Virus record (IMG/VR): IMGVR_UViG_3300043436_000341
Span: 1-27,876 of that record
DNA length: 27,876 nucleotides
Direction: 5' to 3' (one strand)
From: a virus
Lineage: Duplodnaviria > Caudoviricetes
The notes under the pieces are model-generated. The model worked only from the letters and a program-made list of their open reading frames with translations, ran no database searches and was not told where the DNA came from. Position numbers and translations under genes: made by a program. Positions 24,093 to 27,876 of this stretch are shown here, one piece after another. Each line of letters starts with the position of its first letter. Within the stretch, counting starts at the first letter, position 1.

Positions 24093-24247
24093 TCCTTGTG
24101 TGTGTAATGCTGACTATTATCTTAATCATCACGCCAGTCTTGATTAGTATGTGGATCAAGATACAAAAAGCCGAGGTGAGGTTGGAGAAAAAAGAGAGAC
24201 AAATAAACCGACAATTAAGGTTAATGGAAAGGCAGAGCAATGAATGA
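24047..24247 (+). CDS. small membrane protein with basic coiled-coil tail (start uncertain)
   Basis: SILILVCVMLTIILIITPVLISMWI TM segment, then a charged helix. Confidence 0.6.
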   Translation: MAIRGMDKFIYRSILILVCVMLTIILIITPVLISMWIKIQKAEVRLEKKERQINRQLRLMERQSNE

Positions 24248-24737
24248 CTTACTCAATCTTCTCAAGGGTGTCGCACCCACGCTGGCAATGGCTGTCGCTG
24301 GTCCTTTGGGTGCTTCTGCTGTTACCGCTTTGGCTAGTAAGTTTGGCGTGTCTGATTCTGTTGATGCCGTTGCAAAGGCTATTGCTGGCGATCCAAAGGC
24401 TGCTGAGAAGATAGCAGAGCTTGAGCTGGAGATGGCGAAGATTGATGCAGCCAATACTGCCGACGCAAGGAAGATGAATTCAGAGATACAGAACTCTGCC
24501 ACAGCGTCTTGGTTAGCAAAGAACATTGCCTATGTCATAGACACATCAATCATTGCTGGCGCTCTCACCATGACCTTTGTGGTGTTTATTGTTGGCGTAC
24601 CAGAGCAAAACAAGTCGATGGCTTTCACGGCTCTAGGATCGTTGTGGACTCTGACGGGTACGGTGGTGAACTTCCATCGCGGTAGTTCTGCTGGTAGCAA
24701 GGCTAAAACTGAAGAAATGATGAAAGGTGTGAAATGA
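24240..24737 (+). CDS. holin-like membrane protein
   Basis: VAPTLAMAVAGPLG N-terminus, two C-terminal TM segments and an FHRGSSAGSKAK tail. Confidence 0.65.
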   Translation: MNDLLNLLKGVAPTLAMAVAGPLGASAVTALASKFGVSDSVDAVAKAIAGDPKAAEKIAELELEMAKIDAANTADARKMNSEIQNSATASWLAKNIAYVIDTSIIAGALTMTFVVFIVGVPEQNKSMAFTALGSLWTLTGTVVNFHRGSSAGSKAKTEEMMKGVK

Positions 24738-25051
24738 TTGAATTCTTAAAGCAACTATTGCTGGCTAAGGTCAACCGTCCGAAGCCTACTGTCGAAGAGG
24801 TCGAAGTCCAAGTCTGGGCATTCGTCGTCAAGTCGATCACCATCATGGTGCTTGGCATTGCGTTTGGTGTTTTGTACCTGATCGGGTTTGAGAAGCAAGA
24901 CGCTGAACTCGCACCAATCGACTCTGTATTCTTGGAAATCTTGAAAGCCATTGCGTTTATGGGTGTCGGCACTATGGGCGGTATCTCAGGACGCAAGGCA
25001 TCGACTGCCATTGCAAAAGCCATTGTGGGAGAAGACGATGCAATTAAGTGA
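24734..25051 (+). CDS. two-TM membrane protein (lysis-associated)
   Basis: Two hydrophobic segments; directly before the endolysin. Confidence 0.65.
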   Translation: MIEFLKQLLLAKVNRPKPTVEEVEVQVWAFVVKSITIMVLGIAFGVLYLIGFEKQDAELAPIDSVFLEILKAIAFMGVGTMGGISGRKASTAIAKAIVGEDDAIK

Positions 25052-25505
25052 ACACTTCAGTCTTGAGGAGGCAACGCACTCCGATACTGCAACCCGTCTT
25101 GGTATCAGCAACCAGCCTTCACCACAGCAACTTGAGAACATGAAGGTTGCTGCTGCTGGCATGGAGAAGGTCAGAGAGCTACTTGGCAAGCCTATCAACA
25201 TCAATTCATGGATTCGTCTGCCAGAGGTCAATGTGGCGGTGGGTGGATCGAAGATCAGCTCGCACATGGACGGCTGGGCTATTGACTTTGTGTGTAGAGG
25301 CTTTGGCACTCCACTAGAGGTCTGCAAGGCTATCGACGCAGCAGGTATTAAGTTTGATCAGATGATTCACGAATTCGGTGAAAAAGGGTGGACGCATCTC
25401 TCCTTTGCGCCAGCATTGCGTCAGCAAAAGCTCACCATCTTCAGACCTCAGAATAAGTACGCCATCGGTTTGCTGACTCAAGACGAGTACAACAAGGCTC
25501 TATGA
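25038..25505 (+). CDS. endolysin, peptidase M15A family
   Basis: MQLSEHFSLEE start (GGAG SD); INSWIR..VNVAVGG..SSHMDGWAIDF and WTHLS zinc ligands. Confidence 0.9.
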   Translation: MQLSEHFSLEEATHSDTATRLGISNQPSPQQLENMKVAAAGMEKVRELLGKPININSWIRLPEVNVAVGGSKISSHMDGWAIDFVCRGFGTPLEVCKAIDAAGIKFDQMIHEFGEKGWTHLSFAPALRQQKLTIFRPQNKYAIGLLTQDEYNKAL

Positions 25506-26155
25506 CGAACTTCTACCAGCAGCTCCAGACTCCTGCCGTACCAGACCTGCCTAATCCGCAAGACAGGTATGACCGTCTGACTGTTGCGCAGACGAATGGT
25601 GCGTTGCGTACCTTCTTCTTGAAGTTAACCAATGCCTTGCAATCCATTGCGTCACCTCGCGGTGGTAGGTTTATAAACAACCCTTACGGGGCATTCCAAG
25701 ACGGCACAGACCAGACGGCAGCCAATACGACGACTGCGTACGCAATCACATTTGACACAACTGACTTCAATAATGGAGTTACCTTGTCTAACTCGTCAAG
25801 GCTTAATGTGTCTCAGGCTGGAATTTATAACATTCAATTCAGCGTGCAGTTAGTAAACACGACAAATGCTTCGGTAGACATTGACATCTGGTTTAGAAAG
25901 AACGGCACAAACATCGACAAGTCAAACTCACGCTTTGGACTAGCACCGCGAAAGAGCGTAGGAGACCCATTCCATGTTATCTGTGCAATTAACTTCTTTG
26001 TAAGTCTTGACACAAACGACTATGTTGAACTCATGTGGCGCACTTCAGATGTTGGCGCATACATTGAGCACTACGCTGCCAGCTCCACACCAACAAGACC
26101 ATCTATACCGTCTGTCATCGCGACGGTTACCTTTGTGTCCAATCTTTCAGCATAA
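25502..26155 (+). CDS. putative virion/tail protein with beta-sandwich domain
   Basis: PYGAFQD...AGIYNIQFSVQL...DYVELMW; coupled to the endolysin. Confidence 0.65.
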   Translation: MTNFYQQLQTPAVPDLPNPQDRYDRLTVAQTNGALRTFFLKLTNALQSIASPRGGRFINNPYGAFQDGTDQTAANTTTAYAITFDTTDFNNGVTLSNSSRLNVSQAGIYNIQFSVQLVNTTNASVDIDIWFRKNGTNIDKSNSRFGLAPRKSVGDPFHVICAINFFVSLDTNDYVELMWRTSDVGAYIEHYAASSTPTRPSIPSVIATVTFVSNLSA

Positions 26156-26164
26156 TTAGACCCT

Positions 26165-27646
26165 ATGGCACTCGTACCACTCAAAATCCCTGCTGGCGTA
26201 TACCGTAACGGTACTGAGTACCAGTCTGCGGGGCGCTGGTATGACTCCAATCTAGTCAGATGGTTTGAGAACACATTGAGACCTTGGGGCGGGTGGCGTA
26301 AGAGGTCAGAGTCTCAGATGACTGGTGTCAGTCGTGGGATGCTGACTTGGCGCGATAACTCCAATTTGCGTTGGATTGCTGCTGGTACTCCCACAAAGCT
26401 CTACGCCATGAATGAGGCGGGAACTCTCAAGGACATTACCCCCACAACCTTTACTACTGGTGCGACAGACGCAACGATAAAGACTGGTTACGGTTACAGC
26501 ACATACGGTTCTTTCTCTTATGGTGTGGCGCGTCCAGACTTGGGCGACATAGTGCCAGCCACAACTTGGACAATGGACTCTTGGGGCGAGTATCTGGTCG
26601 CGTGTTCTAGCAAGGACGGTCAACTCTTGGAGTGGCAGTTAGGCTTTACCACACCAACAAAGGCGGTTGCCATTACTAATGCGCCAACGAGCTGTGCAGC
26701 CGTGATGACTACGGCAGAGCGATTTGTCTTTGCCCTTGGCGCGTCAGGCAATCCACGCAAGGTCTCTTGGTGTGATCAAGAAAACAATACAACTTGGACA
26801 CCATCTGCTACCAATCAGGCTGGTGACTTTGAACTCAACTCTGTCGGCTCTTTGAAATGCGGTAAGCGCGTCAGGGGTATCAATCTTCTGTTTACCGATG
26901 TAGATGTCCACGCTGCTACCTATATTGGACTGCCTTATGTCTACTCCTTTGAGAAGGCTGGATCAGGCTGTGGCGTGATCAGCTCTCAGGCTGTCGCAGC
27001 CATTGACACCGCAGCCATTTGGATGTCTAAGTCAGGCTTCTGGGTGTACGACGGCTATGTCAAGCCCTTGGTGTCGGATGTTGGCGACTACATCTTCCAG
27101 AATATCAACTACAACCAAGCCTCTAAGGTCTACGCTGTCCACAATAGTAAGTATGGCGAGATCATCTGGTTTTACCCGTCTAGCGCCAGCAATGAGAACG
27201 ACTCCTATGTCGTCTACAACTACCGCGAAGGACATTGGGCTATTGGCACTTTGTCTCGTACTGCTGGAACTGACAGGGGTGTCTTTGTCAATCCTTTAAT
27301 GATCTCGTCAGATGGTTACATCTATGAGCACGAGGTTGGATTTGCGTATGACAGCGCTGTCCCATATGCTGAGTCTGGTCCTTACGAGATTGGCTCTGGC
27401 GACAACATCATGTCGGTGCGTCGGGTTATCCCAGACGAGCAAACGCTTGGCGAGGTCGTTGTGTCCTTCAAGACTCGGATGTACCCGATGGCGACTGAGA
27501 CGACTTATGGACCATATTCCGCAGCTCAACCCACAGATGTGAGGTTTGCTGCCAGACAGGTCAAGGTTAGATACACGGGCAATGTCTTAGACGATTGGCG
27601 CGTTGGCGTTAACCGTTTTGATGTTGTCGCAATGGGTAAGCGGTGA
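26165..27646 (+). CDS. P22 gp10-like DNA stabilisation / tail hub protein
   Basis: 493 aa, beta-rich propeller-like; NLVRW, VSWCDQEN..TW, GCG..S, WMSKSGFWVYDG and EIIWFYPS segments. Confidence 0.7.
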   Translation: MALVPLKIPAGVYRNGTEYQSAGRWYDSNLVRWFENTLRPWGGWRKRSESQMTGVSRGMLTWRDNSNLRWIAAGTPTKLYAMNEAGTLKDITPTTFTTGATDATIKTGYGYSTYGSFSYGVARPDLGDIVPATTWTMDSWGEYLVACSSKDGQLLEWQLGFTTPTKAVAITNAPTSCAAVMTTAERFVFALGASGNPRKVSWCDQENNTTWTPSATNQAGDFELNSVGSLKCGKRVRGINLLFTDVDVHAATYIGLPYVYSFEKAGSGCGVISSQAVAAIDTAAIWMSKSGFWVYDGYVKPLVSDVGDYIFQNINYNQASKVYAVHNSKYGEIIWFYPSSASNENDSYVVYNYREGHWAIGTLSRTAGTDRGVFVNPLMISSDGYIYEHEVGFAYDSAVPYAESGPYEIGSGDNIMSVRRVIPDEQTLGEVVVSFKTRMYPMATETTYGPYSAAQPTDVRFAARQVKVRYTGNVLDDWRVGVNRFDVVAMGKR

Positions 27647-27876
27647 CTTAGAATTGAGTCAAGAATTAAGGGCGGGGAAAGTACCTGTATGTATCCGAGA
27701 GGATTACACCGTGTACTTGGAGTTCTTCAGAGGTAATTTGTGGATTCATGTGGAGATCAGAAGATGGTCTTCTGGGGTCAAAAAGGACTGCTTGAAGAGC
27801 ATTGCTCTGATTGAGAATTTAATTGGGAAGCCTCTCGTCGCGCTAATACGCGAAGAAGACATCAAACTTGCAAGAT
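27621..27876 (+). CDS. hypothetical protein, partial (start uncertain; possibly GNAT-fold)
   Basis: Open frame to the window end: ...KVPVCIREDYTVYLEFFRGNLWIHVEIRRWSSGVKKDCLKSIALIENLIGKPLVALIREEDIKLAR. The GNAT guess rests on gene position only. Confidence 0.55.
   Translation, partial: MLSQWVSGDLELSQELRAGKVPVCIREDYTVYLEFFRGNLWIHVEIRRWSSGVKKDCLKSIALIENLIGKPLVALIREEDIKLAR

Overview
The whole window is a segment of a tailed dsDNA phage genome. The head and neck genes suggest a podovirus-like (P22-type) virion, and a Gram-negative host is likely (inference). Positions 1-3799 form a leftward operon of small accessory genes: a partial 2OG-Fe(II) oxygenase missed by the ORF track, an HTH protein, an HNH-AP2 endonuclease and a tandem-XRE regulator. 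A divergent control region follows (3800-4058). The rightward genes are Cro-like regulator, RuvC-like resolvase, DUF2800/Cas4-like nuclease, probable SSB, primase-helicase, terS, terL, small basic proteins, a glycosyltransferase and a methyltransferase, portal, scaffold, major capsid, a second glycosyltransferase, adaptor, tail genes, a second HNH, a multi-membrane-protein lysis cluster with an M15 endolysin, and a P22 gp10-like protein. No integrase, DNA polymerase, tRNA or CRISPR array is visible. The most unusual signals are non-coding. (1) A C4-like three-way-junction RNA, whose loop is complementary to the leader/RBS region of the downstream HNH gene, sits with that gene inside a direct-repeat-bounded ~600 bp cassette. 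(2) Five DnaA boxes plus an 11-6-11 dif-like site lie between terS and terL. (3) A self-terminated three-hairpin sRNA candidate lies between the divergent promoters. (4) An iteron/hairpin origin candidate follows the helicase. All family assignments come from motif recognition by eye, not from database searches.
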